DNA from: Psammoneis japonica | Taxonomy: Eukaryota | Direction of reading: 5' to 3' | DNA: 64,000 nt | Assembly (NCBI GenBank): GCA_008632985.1 | Contig: QPGO01000251.1 | Coordinates: 1-64,000 of the forward strand | In this document: piece by piece, positions 50,772 to 62,419 of the stretch | Layout: the number at the start of each line of letters is the position of its first letter | Position numbering within the stretch: the stretch's first letter is position 1 | The notes under the pieces: model-generated | What the model saw: only the letters and a program-made list of their open reading frames with translations | Database searches by the model: none | Told to the model about the DNA's origin: nothing | Translations under genes and position numbers: made by a program

Positions 50772-52101
50772 GGCACGTTCCCACCCCGATAATTTCGGCC
50801 GTAAAATAAATATAATTTCGTTCTACACAAAATTCCTGTAGAAACTCTCGTACAAGAAAAATCGCACGTCTGTTTTCCATCCTTCAATTTACAGCCGTAA
50901 TTATCAGCAAATTACGACGACAGGTGTCGGTCGTCGTAAATTCTCTCCCGTAAATATAATTTTCACGGTAAATTCGGCGTTTTGGGAGCTCGAACGTGCC
51001 ACGTCACAAGCTCCCCATTTTTCTTTCTCCGCTCCGATCGCACAACAACCATGATGGCTGCTGCGATGAACGGACCCGTTCATACACGAACGACCGTCCT
51101 GTCTACGAAGGTAAGAATATAGAGACAGGTTAATAATACTACGCTTGATGCGATCAAGTTGTCAGAATTATGATTTTTCGTTGTTGTTGTGGCTTATGAC
51201 GACCGTGTCGACTAACAGTATTTTTGATGTCTTTGTTTCTCTTGTTCAGATTTCGCGTTGGGATTCTTCACAAACCATAAGTCTACAGACTTGAGGCCGA
51301 ATCTTCATAGCAACATATGATCTGATGTTACATTGAGGGGGTTCTTTGGTGCATGCTCGAGGTTGTTACTTGATGGACTGTCAAGAGTCAAGAATGCAAG
51401 AATTTTGGTCACGTCGACGACAACAGCAAGGCTTGTGCTCCGTTTTGATGGAACATGACTATGAAGAAGGCTGTGTGCACTCATTTCATTAATCTTGTAG
51501 TAAGTTTGGACAATGATGCTGGTGGGGGTCAATGTTTTGCACACGTCGTTGGCTCCATTGTCTGCAGCCCTTCTGTTGCTCTTTGAAATGGATTTAGGCC
51601 ATTGGTAAACCGCAAGAGTTAAGAACAGTGCCTTTTAGCACCTAACATTCTGTAGAAATTTCATTTAATAGTTTTGCATGCTGTGGTCTTACTGCATGCC
51701 AATGTTTCGTGCTTTTTCATGCTCGCTCTGCAACTCTTGCTATCAACAGAGGATTGAATGTTGGTGTGTTTCTTCTGTCCTTCACTGGTGTTATCATTGG
51801 TCTTGGGTTGCCGCAGAGCAATCGCAAAATGGACAACGATTGTCCCTGACAATGTCATGGTGACTCTCTAGTCCTAATAGCTAGCAGCTCTCTAGAGCTA
51901 GCTACTACTAGCAATAGAGAGTAGTAGTGTAAACAGTGCTGTAGCGTGGTACTGTAGCGTGTAGCGTCCTCACCGAGCTCGACATGAGATTTTGATCTTT
52001 TTTACCGATCGAATCCGTTCCCAGCCTGACGCCCGTAAATACGTAAATTTGGCCAAATTATATTTATTTTACGGCCGAAATTATCAGGGTGGGAACGTGC
52101 C
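50772..52101. mobile_element. Non-autonomous TIR DNA transposon, 1330 bp, with 47-bp terminal inverted repeats
   Basis: 50772-50818 GGCACGTTCCCACCCCGATAATTTCGGCCGTAAAATAAATATAATTT is the reverse complement of 52055-52101 with one mismatch. Subterminal CGTAAA(T) repeats. Flanks TTA / TTT form an imperfect 3-bp TSD (PIF/Harbinger-like, tentative). Confidence 0.85.
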
Positions 52102-52160
52102 TTTTGGAGCTTTAATGGCAGATGCTTGCACGACAGCTTTCGTGGCATTGTTGACGTCGG

Positions 52161-55100
52161 ATGCCGCAGTCGGTTTCTTCACAGTCTGTTGGAGGTGCCA
52201 TCATTCAGAAATGGAATTCTTTTCTGGCCAGCAAGCAAGACTTTAGCGTGGATCGGTTGCGTTCTCTGTACGCTGACCTGTTGCGTTCTATAGATGTTAC
52301 TAACGACGATGTTGGGAGACGGAATTTCGCTGAAAACGAAAAATCTTTTGCTAATGACGGCAGAATAGGATTTCGAAAGTTCTTTCATGGGCTCTCCTTT
52401 CTTGACCGAGTAGTAATCATTCAAATTCTGATCGAAAACCAGAGTTGGTTACACCGAGACGCGATCTGTCTGCAGCCTTTGAAATTCTCTCCGCGACACC
52501 TTCGGCACAAAAGGAAGGTGACAATGGCGGTGCTATAGCAGTGCGATATAATTTGGCGGTTACATCGCTTCAGCTGGCAAGAGCACGCGAAGCACACGTT
52601 GCGCAACTCATTCGCTCCATTGGAGAGATTGTTGTTCATGGAGAGCAGACGTCAGGAAGTCGTGTTGGGGTGCAATTGAGAAGCGATGGCGTGTTTGAGT
52701 ACTTTTGTGAAAAGAGTATCATATCCCTATTTGTCGATATTGCAACAGCAAAACCACCAAACGCTAAGGAGAATGTACCAAGCCCGTGCTTTCACGCTGT
52801 AACTTGGACCGCAGTGGTCAAGGCCCAAGTCTTGAAGACAGTTTCAATGTTGATATCAAACAGTCAAGAGCCGACATTGTACTATCTCCTATCGAATAAC
52901 CACGTAATGATCTCATTGCATGTATGCTGCCCATGCGGCAGTGGTCAGACCCGGCGTTGGAACAAATGATGCCCGTCTACGTTAGATTTCTCGAGACACT
53001 TGCATCGAAGCTCTCAAATAATCCAAACTTGTTTCCATTCTTGAAGAAAGAGGTTGGAGACTCTTCCATTGCAAGCTTCCCGCTGTTCACGGCAGCCCAA
53101 GAAGTGTCCATGAGCTCGTTTGCGCAATCAAACTCCTCGATCTATTTCACGTGCACCAATTTGGTTGTGAACATTCTTCAAATATTGAATCCCCAAGTAC
53201 GATTCTGGATGGGGTCTGCCGAAACAGAACAACAATTATTGGTTTCTCACTTGTGTCAGAGACTTCTAGACCGGTACGAAAGGTTGGCTCGTCTTGTAAC
53301 GGGCCCCGTCATTGATCCTGTCAGATCATCCGCCATTATTGGACAGCTCAAAAACTTGCAAGATCAATATGAATACTTGAACGAAGTTCTATGGTGTGGC
53401 ATCAGAACACTGAATGTCCGAGTATGCGAGTTTCTGTTGCAACGTGTCGTTTTGACGTTGCTGAGGAATCTGATTGGTGGCAACAAAGAAAAACGACTTT
53501 GCGTGGGTGTGACGGATGGCGACACAATACCAAAATCGGAAGCTCTTGCTCATGTGTCAGCAATGTTGCTTGCACAGTTGTTTCTTTCTGTGGAGTACCC
53601 GCCATTTTTACGTATGCTAGCTGTCGCAATACTACATCCTCAATCACCAGAAACTTTGACCGCAGCTATCCCCAATTCTGAATCTCAAGAATATGTGTTA
53701 ACGCCAGCGCTGAATTTCATTGTTCAGGAAAAGTCTGAGAATGAGGAATCCTCAAATGACAGCTCGATAAAACTTGTTTCTAATCCATTCAGAGAGGAGC
53801 TTATGGCAGTGCTACGTGGTGACGAGGGAGACTGGCGTTTCATACCGGTAGCTATGCTCGTGGAGAGCATTTGGTGTCTGATGCATTAGATTTGGACACA
53901 TCCAGTGCCTAAAAGTCGTTCCTTCATTCAAAGAAGCTGATGAAGGGTATCCTGAATCTCCCTGGGAAAGTGCGATAAAGGTATTTTATGTCGCAAGCGT
54001 AATAAGGCCTCGTCGGTATCCACCTTGGCTTTGGAATGCGCCGGCTCTCTTTCACTGGCCACACTCTCCCATGTTGTAAATGCCATGAGAAAAGGTGGAG
54101 AGTTTGTGATTAGCCCCGAAACTCTTTGTTATTCGCCGATAGTACATGGACTGTTAGAAACCCGCTCCATGTTCTACTCCTTGGCACGGGAGATGCATCA
54201 TGCTACGGGGGTGTCGGAGCACTTTGTGGACCTTCTTGAGCTGGCCATAAACAGTCGTTACGCATTGAAAGACGAACGTTACTTTTGTCCTTTGTCGAAA
54301 TACGCTTGTACTGCATACTCTCATAATCCCGAAATACTGGTACGTCGATATCGAGATGTCAGCTCCAATGACATTGAGGACACTCGCTTCGTCTTGAATA
54401 TGGCGTTACATTTTCGAGGGATTTGTAATGCGATTGAAAAGCTTTTGGAAGAAGTTGGACGCGGCCTCGATAAACCGGAGTCAACGCCGAGACGGGCTGG
54501 AGGTAGCGTGTATTTGGACATGGATGATGTCGCAGACTCCCTTATACAGACCATTGGTGGATTGAAAGCGAAACCGGCTTTAGGGACCGATCTTGACGTC
54601 CGCGGCCGAACAACCTTTCACTTCTCCACATCGGCGGGCCGTGGCGAGTTTTCAACGCCAAGTCGTCATTCACCCGATTACAACTCCTCGGACACTGCCC
54701 GAAAAAGAAAACTCTCTGAGGAGCTACGGCGGTCGCCGTCATCGGGTCTGTTACTCGTGATGGATCCTACGGATATCTTCGTACTTAATCCTTCTGTCAG
54801 TGGTGATGAGAATCGAGGAAGAATCCTTTGCAGCACCCCCTTGACCAGCGTCATTGCCTTCGCACCTGATGGTGCATGGTTGCATCTCGCGGTTCGGAAT
54901 ATGGAAAATATCGGTAGTTTGGTAAAAAACGGTAAGTTTCAGAAAGAGAGTATTGCAGTGCAGAGTTTGAGAATTGGTGTAAAGTATGAACTTACAATGT
55001 TTCCATGGTGATTTCGCTCGTAGGAAACATGGCACTAAGGTTCGACAGCGTTGGGACCTGTCTGGTCGTCCGAGAATACCTAGAGCGAGCTCAGAATAAG

Positions 55101-55193
55101 CTCCAGAAGGAGCTGGAAATGCAAATAAGATCGCTCTTTGATGAGAAAACAAGAAGTTCTTTCGTCGCTGATGCCGATGAAGCCAAAGAATAG
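52161..55193 (+). CDS. CLEC16A/TT9/GOP-1-like FPL-domain protein; several 1-bp frameshifts and one intron (~54932-55023)
   Basis: VFEYFCEK, QVLKTVSMLISN, LYYLLSNNHV, SFPLF. Frame breaks at ~52408, ~52907 and ~53870-53990. Confidence 0.8.
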
Positions 55194-56075
55194 TTTTAAT
55201 TGTTTGCCCGACTTGGTGCAGTTAAGACCTTTTTTTGCATAATGGCGTGACTCAAAGAATGCAACCATATGGAACGTTCAGCATTTTAGTTCAGAATGAA
55301 GCTAGCACAGCATGCATGGAGGCACACTCTTCCTCTCTTTGAGAGAACAGCTAGCTAGAGAGATCGATGATGCCACTCTAGACAGGGGCGTTGGCAACGA
55401 GACAAATGAAATCAGAGCGTGACGGACAGACAACAACACGCGTTCTTCTCCTCGGCTCCGGTGGGAAGCGAGGGAATCGAAAGCTTGCTGGCGGCGTGCA
55501 ACTTTCTACAGGCCACGAGAAAATGACGCAAATGAGATGGAATCTCCTCGGGAGGCGACCTTGCAACCAGAACGTACAAACTCTGGGCCTGCAGGTGGCG
55601 AGTCACAAAAATGTGACACCCACAAAGCACAGCACGCAACTCCGCAGATCTCTTTTCTCATTTTCTTCTTGATCTCGTTTCATGGTTCTGAGATGGCACA
55701 GGAGCGTGAAGGTGGCTGTGGATTCAATCACACCACGCAATCCAATGCAATTGAGGCTGCACTTTTTGTCTGGCCTGGACACCAGCCAAAATGGATGTCC
55801 CCATGAATCCACCTGACTTTGCTTGTTTCCAGTGCATTTGAGCAAACCACATTGTTGTTTGCATTGCCCCAGTGAAAAGTTCAAAGCACCAAGAAGTGTG
55901 TGAGCTGCTTTGGGCTGTGCATTGTGTCAGCTGCCATGCACATTGTGGATCTTGGTCATTGAGGAGCTGTGCCGCATTGACACCACACCATTCTTTGCAG
56001 ATTCAAAATGAAGCAGAAGCCATCCAGTGCTGTCTGTCATTTCCAACAGGTGTCTTCCAATGAAATTGCAACATC

Positions 56076-56583
56076 CAGCTACTAATGAGAGTTAATGTAT
56101 CACGGCGACGTGTTACAGCCTTTAAGGCGGGCCGTCGGCTTATTTTTTTCGCACGTCTTTTCCGGGTTTTTACGCGTTTTTGACGGGTCGCGACAGAAAA
56201 TAACACGACAAAAGCACGAGCGACAATGATGATGTTCGCGACGAGCGGTGAGTTGCAAAGTATCACCTCACGAGGGATACTCATTGGTTTTATTATCGTC
56301 ATACAGTGCAGATTGATTTATGTGCTTTCGTCCCTCGTGCCACTGGGCCAATTTTGAGAGATAGCGTAATTGCCGTCATCGTCGTGCTTCGATCGCGGTG
56401 CCTGATGTTCTCGTTTTCGTGGGCGATCGAACAATTCTTGTATTTAAAATTAATAATTATAAATAAACGTATTCAAACACATTGCTAATTTTAGGATAAA
56501 CGCGGAAAAAATGGGTCGGCGGTCCCCCTTAAATGTCACAAAGGGCGTGACAAAAATAACCTTTTGTCTGCATGCATGCTGCA
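56076..56583 (+). repeat. ~508-bp direct repeat, copy 1 (TpA intact)
   Basis: Aligns almost gap-free to 56820-57328; 30 TpA counted. Confidence 0.95.
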
Positions 56584-56587
56584 TTAT

Positions 56588-56657
56588 GAATTCATAGCGG
56601 AGTGGTTCATCGTAACCATCAGGCAGGAGGCCAGGGGTTCGAAACCCTGAGTGGGAG
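56588..56657 (+). other. tRNA-derived segment (Pol III A and B boxes); SINE head or tRNA pseudogene
   Basis: A-box-like TAGCGGAGTGG at 56595 and B-box GGTTCGAAACC at 56636, with tRNA-like spacing and a CAGGG/CCCTG stem. Acceptor and anticodon arms do not fold. Confidence 0.5.
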
Positions 56658-56819
56658 TTGTCTGCAGCAACGTTGATCACTGTCGAACGCGCAAAACTCT
56701 GTGCAGTTCTGTGTGTTCCTTCGTGCGCACCCACACTGTTCCGCCAAAAACGTGCAGTGTCAGCACACGTCAGCAAAGAGCCGCATGGACGTGTGATGCA
56801 TGGGGAGGAGTGCAATGCA

Positions 56820-57328
56820 CAGCCACCAATGAGAGTCAATGCACCACGACGACGTGTTGCAGCCTTTAAGGCGGGCCATCGGCTTGTTTTTTTCGCACGT
56901 CTTTTCCGGGTTTTTGCGCGTTTTTGACGGGTCGCGACAGAAAATGACACGACAAAAGCACGAGCGACAATGATGATGTTCGCGACGAGTGGTGAGTTGC
57001 AAAGTGTCACCTCACGAGGGACACTCATTGGTTTTGTCATCGTCACACAGCTCAGATTGATTTGTGTGCTTTCGTCCCTCGCGCCACTGGGCCAATTTTG
57101 AGAGACAGCGCAGTTGCCCTCATCGTCTTGCTTCGATCGCGGGTGCATGATGTTCTCGTTTTCGTGGGCGATCGAACAACTCTTGCACTTGAAGTTGATG
57201 ATTGCAAACAAACGCATTCAAACACATTGCCAATTTTAGGATGAACACGGAAAAAATGGGTCGGCGGCCCCCCTCAAATGTCACAAAGGGCGTGACAAAA
57301 ATGACCTTTTGTCTGCGCGCATGCTGCA
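56820..57328 (+). repeat. ~509-bp direct repeat, copy 2 (TpA converted to CpA/TpG)
   Basis: Same sequence as copy 1 but only 2 TpA remain, both in TTTA context. Confidence 0.95.
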
Positions 57329-60300
57329 AAATGTTCTGCAATCTCAGAGCTGGATTTGTGCATCACATTCTCTTGATTGCCCACATGAGCAGCCTTCTTG
57401 TGACTTGAGCATTGACGCCAAATGTTGCTGTGAGGCTGTTCTGCCATGGAGGCTGAGAGTTTGAGAAACATTTTGCAGGCATGTTGTGGTTTCTTCCATT
57501 GATTCAAGTGCAATTTTTGACACTTCATTCAGCCCTGAAATTTGAGCCAACACCTTTGTGGCAATTGCAAAACCTCACCCTGTCAACCATGAAATTGGCC
57601 ATGTTTTGGAAGTCCTGCAGCATCTGTGCATTCCTGGTGTGCAGCTGGCCATGATGGCCAGTGGGGATGTCCCTCACTGTGGCCACAATTCATCAAAATG
57701 GAAGATTGCTGTGGTTGTTTTGGGGACAAGAATGAAGGCCTGTGCTTGGCATTGTGTGCTTTGCTGACAGCATGCCCAAGCCAGAGAAAATGACTCGTGC
57801 ATCATGCCTGCCTCCACCACATCACCATCAGCTCAAAAAAGTGGCTCTGTTTGTTTTGTTGCTGTGAGCTTGTTCATCATGGGCTCTAAGCAGCATTTCT
57901 TCAGAGCTCATGCTTGACTTTCAGAATGTCCATGGTGCAAGAAGATTGAGGGTTTTGCATCAACAATCTGACACCCTGGCTGGTTGTGGTGGAGCACTGT
58001 GCCATCCATCCAATTGGCTGTTTTCACATTCATCTGAGGAAAAAAGAAAACAAAACTTTGCAAAATGGTGCAAAAAGTGAGCTCAGCAGTGTCCCTCCTC
58101 TCCTTGGGCATGGCTGCCTTGGCTCAGGTCACCAACAAACAAGCAAGCTCTCCTCCAAAACCCAGGACAAAAGACCCCTTTGCAACAGCCGCCAAGCTCA
58201 CGGCTTTTCTCACGCATCAGGCACAGCATTGTTTCCTTTGTTTTTCAGCAGCTTGCAGGCTCAAACTGGGCAACAACCTTGCAGCTTTTTCTCACTGGTT
58301 CTTTGGTCTGTTGCTGATGCCGTTTGCATTGCTCATGCCTTGTCAACAATGGCTGTTTTGTTGTGTTTGCTCTTGAAGTGAGCGACTGCAAAATGCAGCA
58401 GCACACCTCACCTCAACAACCAGTGGTGGAGATGAGAGAAAATTTTGACCCATTTCAAGTGGACAATGGGCTCATGAAAACAGGGGGCACTTGAACACAC
58501 CATGACAGATGCTTTGTGGCATTGTCAAAAGGAGCTGCTTGCAATTTGTTGTGTTGCTGCGCCGTTGCTGCTGGTTCTCAAGTGTGAACACTCATTGGAA
58601 AACAAAGCCATGTCATTTTTCCCTTGAAGTTGGGTGCTGCTTAAAAGCATGATTTGTTGTCTCATCTTTTGACGTGCAGGGGGGGGCGGCAGACATTGGG
58701 GGGTGGCTTGTGGCTGCTCTCCAAAAAAACTGAGAAGCACCCAGGTTTGCCAGAACTTGTTTTGAGCCAAAGTGCGCAGCTGGTGCAGTGAGAAAGAAGT
58801 GAGCAACTCCAAGATCAGCTCTTTCTGCCGGGCTGGCAAAATCAGCATGCTGGCAGAAACCAGCCAGTGCAGGCTCAGAGCAAACCTGGGCGGGACACTG
58901 TCTGTCTGGCCGGGAGACATTTGACGGATGTGAGCTGCTGCTTTGTGCCCAATGTCAATGGTTTGAGTCCAACACAAAATGTTGATTGCCAAACACACGT
59001 GGCCTCCTGACAATGGAAATTGCAACTTTTTTCGAAAACAGATTTGCTGCAGCCAACCACAACACAGATCGCTTTCTCAAAAATGATGTGATGACTCGTC
59101 TGCAATTTTGGAACGCCGTTGCGGCCATTGTGATGCCAACAGCAACCGATGCCAAAAATAGAAGCTCTGATGTCTCTAACAATGCATCTACCATGTCAAC
59201 TGACTCTCTAGTTGTAGAGAACTCGAAACAGTGCTTTTCTCTCTTTTGCCGTGCTTGACTGTGTAACAGCCAGGGATTGCTGGCACCAACCCGTTTTCGT
59301 GCGTGTGTGTGCGTGCGTGCGTGAACAACCCTTGCGAGGTCTGAAGGTCTGAGGTCGGGACATGATATTCGTGTAAAAATAAAGCATGATTTTTTGATTT
59401 CTGTATTTATGCGGCGATTCTGGAAAAATCTTGAAACAACACGACAATGGCCGAAATGCCGTTCATTCTCGAAAATTGAACATCGAGGCTGGCAAATTTC
59501 ATCATAAGGCCTAAGTTCATTGTTCATATCAAAATCGATAAACTTACGACGAAATTTTCCAGCCCCCACGTTCAGTTTTCGAGAATGAACGGCATTTCGG
59601 CCATTGTCGGCGTTGTTTGCACGATGATGCGCAGAACTCGCGGACAAGCCGTTTGTGATCTTTTCAATAAATCTTGTTAATTTTGCAAAACAAATTCTAA
59701 AATACTCAAAAAATGGCGAAAACAAGAGGGATAGTGGGAAAATCAAATTTCCGCCTGTCCTACGTGGGGAGGAGGAATAATGGAATCTGAATATTCTACT
59801 CAACCGGTTGAATGGAATATTTGTTGTACCAGACGATTTCGTAGCTTCTACGTGGGTCTTGAGTTAGAGGATGAAGCGTTGGAAGGAAGGCTGAAACTAC
59901 TGGGTGCCAGGTGCCATCCGATCCTTTTTGTTTTGTTCTCGAGGCGGGAAGAGAATGATATTATCTGCAATGTTGGGTATGAATTAGAAGTACATTTTAT
60001 ATTATGTTGCTGCAAGCTGTGTGGTAGGTACCGGTATGGATTGAAGCTATGGACGACATCAGCGACAGAAAGTGCAACAAGAAAATGCATGGTTTTGTAC
60101 ACCACACCAACTCGACAACGACGACTGGACAGCAACTCCTTGTATTATCTAAAAGATGCAATGGAAAGGCCGCGCCGTGCTATCTATCCTAGCAATAGGT
60201 CAATAAAGTACGAGCAAAATCCTTGTTTCACGGGTCCTTCTCAGTACTTTTCCTCCCGATGCGGTTATTCGCCGCGAGAACCTCGCGACCGCAGTTCGCG

Positions 60301-60566
60301 TATTGCCGATCCATAACATGGAACATAATCGACGAATTGATGCATTCCACCCTTCACCCCAAAGAGATTGTTTGGATATATAAAAGAATTTGGCAAGAGC
60401 ACCCTTTTGTCGGAGTCACGAGTGCCGAAAGCTGACGTAGCGGCGGAAGCCACCGCCGGAATTTTCTTCAACACCTTGGGAGCGGAGACGATGACATTGA
60501 ATCGACAGCAAAGCCACTAGAAGAACATACGTTGGGAATTCCGCTGCGACTTGAATTGTTTCCTAG

Positions 60567-61781
60567 ATGAAGAGAGCATCCGTTTCTGCCACGTCGAGAG
60601 TTTCAAGTAGTGAACTAAGCACGACCACCAACACTTCACGGAGACACGTTAACGAGAGATCTCTTCCACTCAAGAACACACCGAAGAATACCATCAAGAC
60701 CAGTGGCGTCATCAAAATGGCATTGACAAGTGCCTATTTCAATGCGGGCTTCTATGTATTGTCTGGGTGCGTTCAACCGATTCTCATGACGGTTTGTAAA
60801 GACGCTGGATTAGGCCATCCAATCGCTCAAGTGTATATGTTCTTCTATTCCTTTGGACCTGTCATTGTTATTGTGCCATTGTTGTTGAAGCAACAAGAAA
60901 ATGCGTGGCCGTCTCGAGCTACTATATACAAGGCTATGGGAATTGCGTTGTTTGATGTGGTGGCTACATGCATCAATTATCTCGGAGCGGCGTATGCAGG
61001 TCCCACAATTTTTTCCATAATTTATTCGTCCGTGACGGTGTGGACGGCGGTGTATTCTCATTGTATCTTGAAACGCATCATGAATCGATCGCAATGGCTG
61101 GCGGTACTCGTCGTCTTTGGAGGACTCGCCCTAACGGCAGCAGACTCGCTTCAGTTGGGTCATGCCGTAATAAAAGGTCTACTCATGGTCACGTTTGGTT
61201 CTGCCATGCATGCCTTGACCTATGTGGCCAGTGAACGTGTCATGGATATGGGACAAGATAGTTTGACTGTTCAACAAAATTGTGCCGTCCAATCCACCGT
61301 GGGATGTCTTGTCTTTTTGATTTGGCAATTGTGTTATACCTGGCCACGGTACAGTGAGGTTCTTGGTACTCCCATGCAACAGGCTCGGACGAGTCCTTGG
61401 ATGGCACTCTTCATTTTGGGTTGTTTTGGACTGGCCAATTTGATTCATTCCTTGACATTTTTTCATACCCTCTTGCATTTTCCAGGAGGTGCTACCAGCG
61501 CTGGGGTCATGAAGGGATTGCAAGCCGTCTTGGTCTTTGTCGTTACGCATGTTGCCTTTTGTGGCAAGACGGGAGGAGATGAAATGTGCTTTTCTCAAAC
61601 AAAATTGCTTTCCTTGCTAACCGTATTCAGTGGTGTCTTTTGGTACGGCAGGGCGACACAGCTCGCCAGAGACAGTGGCGCTACTACTAGTGGCAATAGC
61701 AAGGCGACGCTCAAGCACAAGGATAGTAATGGATACGAACCCATTCGAGACATGGCTCCAATGGAGGTGGAGTCTCCTTGA
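60567..61781 (+). CDS. DMT/EamA-like (SLC35-type) multi-pass transporter
   Basis: About 10 hydrophobic helices; AGPTIFSIIYSSVTVWTA...ILKR....QWLAV. The true start may be the ATG at 60717. Confidence 0.8.
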   Translation: MKRASVSATSRVSSSELSTTTNTSRRHVNERSLPLKNTPKNTIKTSGVIKMALTSAYFNAGFYVLSGCVQPILMTVCKDAGLGHPIAQVYMFFYSFGPVIVIVPLLLKQQENAWPSRATIYKAMGIALFDVVATCINYLGAAYAGPTIFSIIYSSVTVWTAVYSHCILKRIMNRSQWLAVLVVFGGLALTAADSLQLGHAVIKGLLMVTFGSAMHALTYVASERVMDMGQDSLTVQQNCAVQSTVGCLVFLIWQLCYTWPRYSEVLGTPMQQARTSPWMALFILGCFGLANLIHSLTFFHTLLHFPGGATSAGVMKGLQAVLVFVVTHVAFCGKTGGDEMCFSQTKLLSLLTVFSGVFWYGRATQLARDSGATTSGNSKATLKHKDSNGYEPIRDMAPMEVESP

Positions 61782-62419
61782 TAAGTACCTTGATTAGTAG
61801 TCATCCACACTGCAAGAACCAGAGTTGGTGCTCGTCTCGCGCAAGAGTGTGCTATTCGTAAAACGTCGTCTCAAACACTCGCTATCTAAGTGGTGTTGAG
61901 AGAGACACACAAGTTTTGGATACCGAAACTGTTCCCGAAATGACAATGTAGATCGTTGCCAACTGCACGTAAAAGCAAACGCCTCCCTCGAGGAACAACA
62001 AGAGTAGGAATACCAGTGAAATCATTGAAATGGTTGCGATGCTGTAAAAATAGTGGCATGTGCTTCGCGCGATTTCAGATTGAATTGAAATCGAAAACTA
62101 ACTTTATCTTACGGACTGGATCGTTGTAAATTGTTCTCAACGGTCGTTTGGTTATCATAAATATTCAAAACCTTTTAAAAAATAATTGAGTAGATTTGGT
62201 ATTCCACTTACATTCATTATTGAATAGCATTATGCTTTTCAACGGTCACGGCGTGCCTTTCGCATGGCCATTCCGATGGCATTTTCGGCCTCAAAACCAC
62301 TTCGCCATTGCGTTGTTTGCAGTGCGTGGTGCGTGGTGTGAGTCTTTACTTACTGTTGCTGTCGACTGCACATCGACCGACACAAATAGCCGCACCTTAC
62401 TGAAATCGTGTCAAAGGTC

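Larger units (their letters stand above)
55580..59340. mobile_element. Block D: decayed repeat DNA, TpA-depleted except for an island at 56076-56615
   Basis: TpA nearly absent at 55580-56075 and 56620-59150. CpG is lost at 57340-58500 but kept at 56650-57330. Confidence 0.75.

Noticed and set aside
56076..56583. Classical fungal-type RIP (CA/TG->TA) producing copy 1 from copy 2
   Set aside because: Copy 1 has an ordinary TpA density and keeps many CA/TG, whereas copy 2 is abnormally TpA-free. The Tyr->Cys/His changes in the pogo relic also point TA->TG/CA. Not formally excluded without a family consensus.
56588..56657. Functional tRNA gene
   Set aside because: Acceptor and anticodon stems do not pair; kept only as a tRNA-derived relic.
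58955..60474. 282-aa and 178-aa ORFs as genes
   Set aside because: No recognisable motifs. The region looks like a transposon end and intergenic DNA, and no matching TIR was found in the window.
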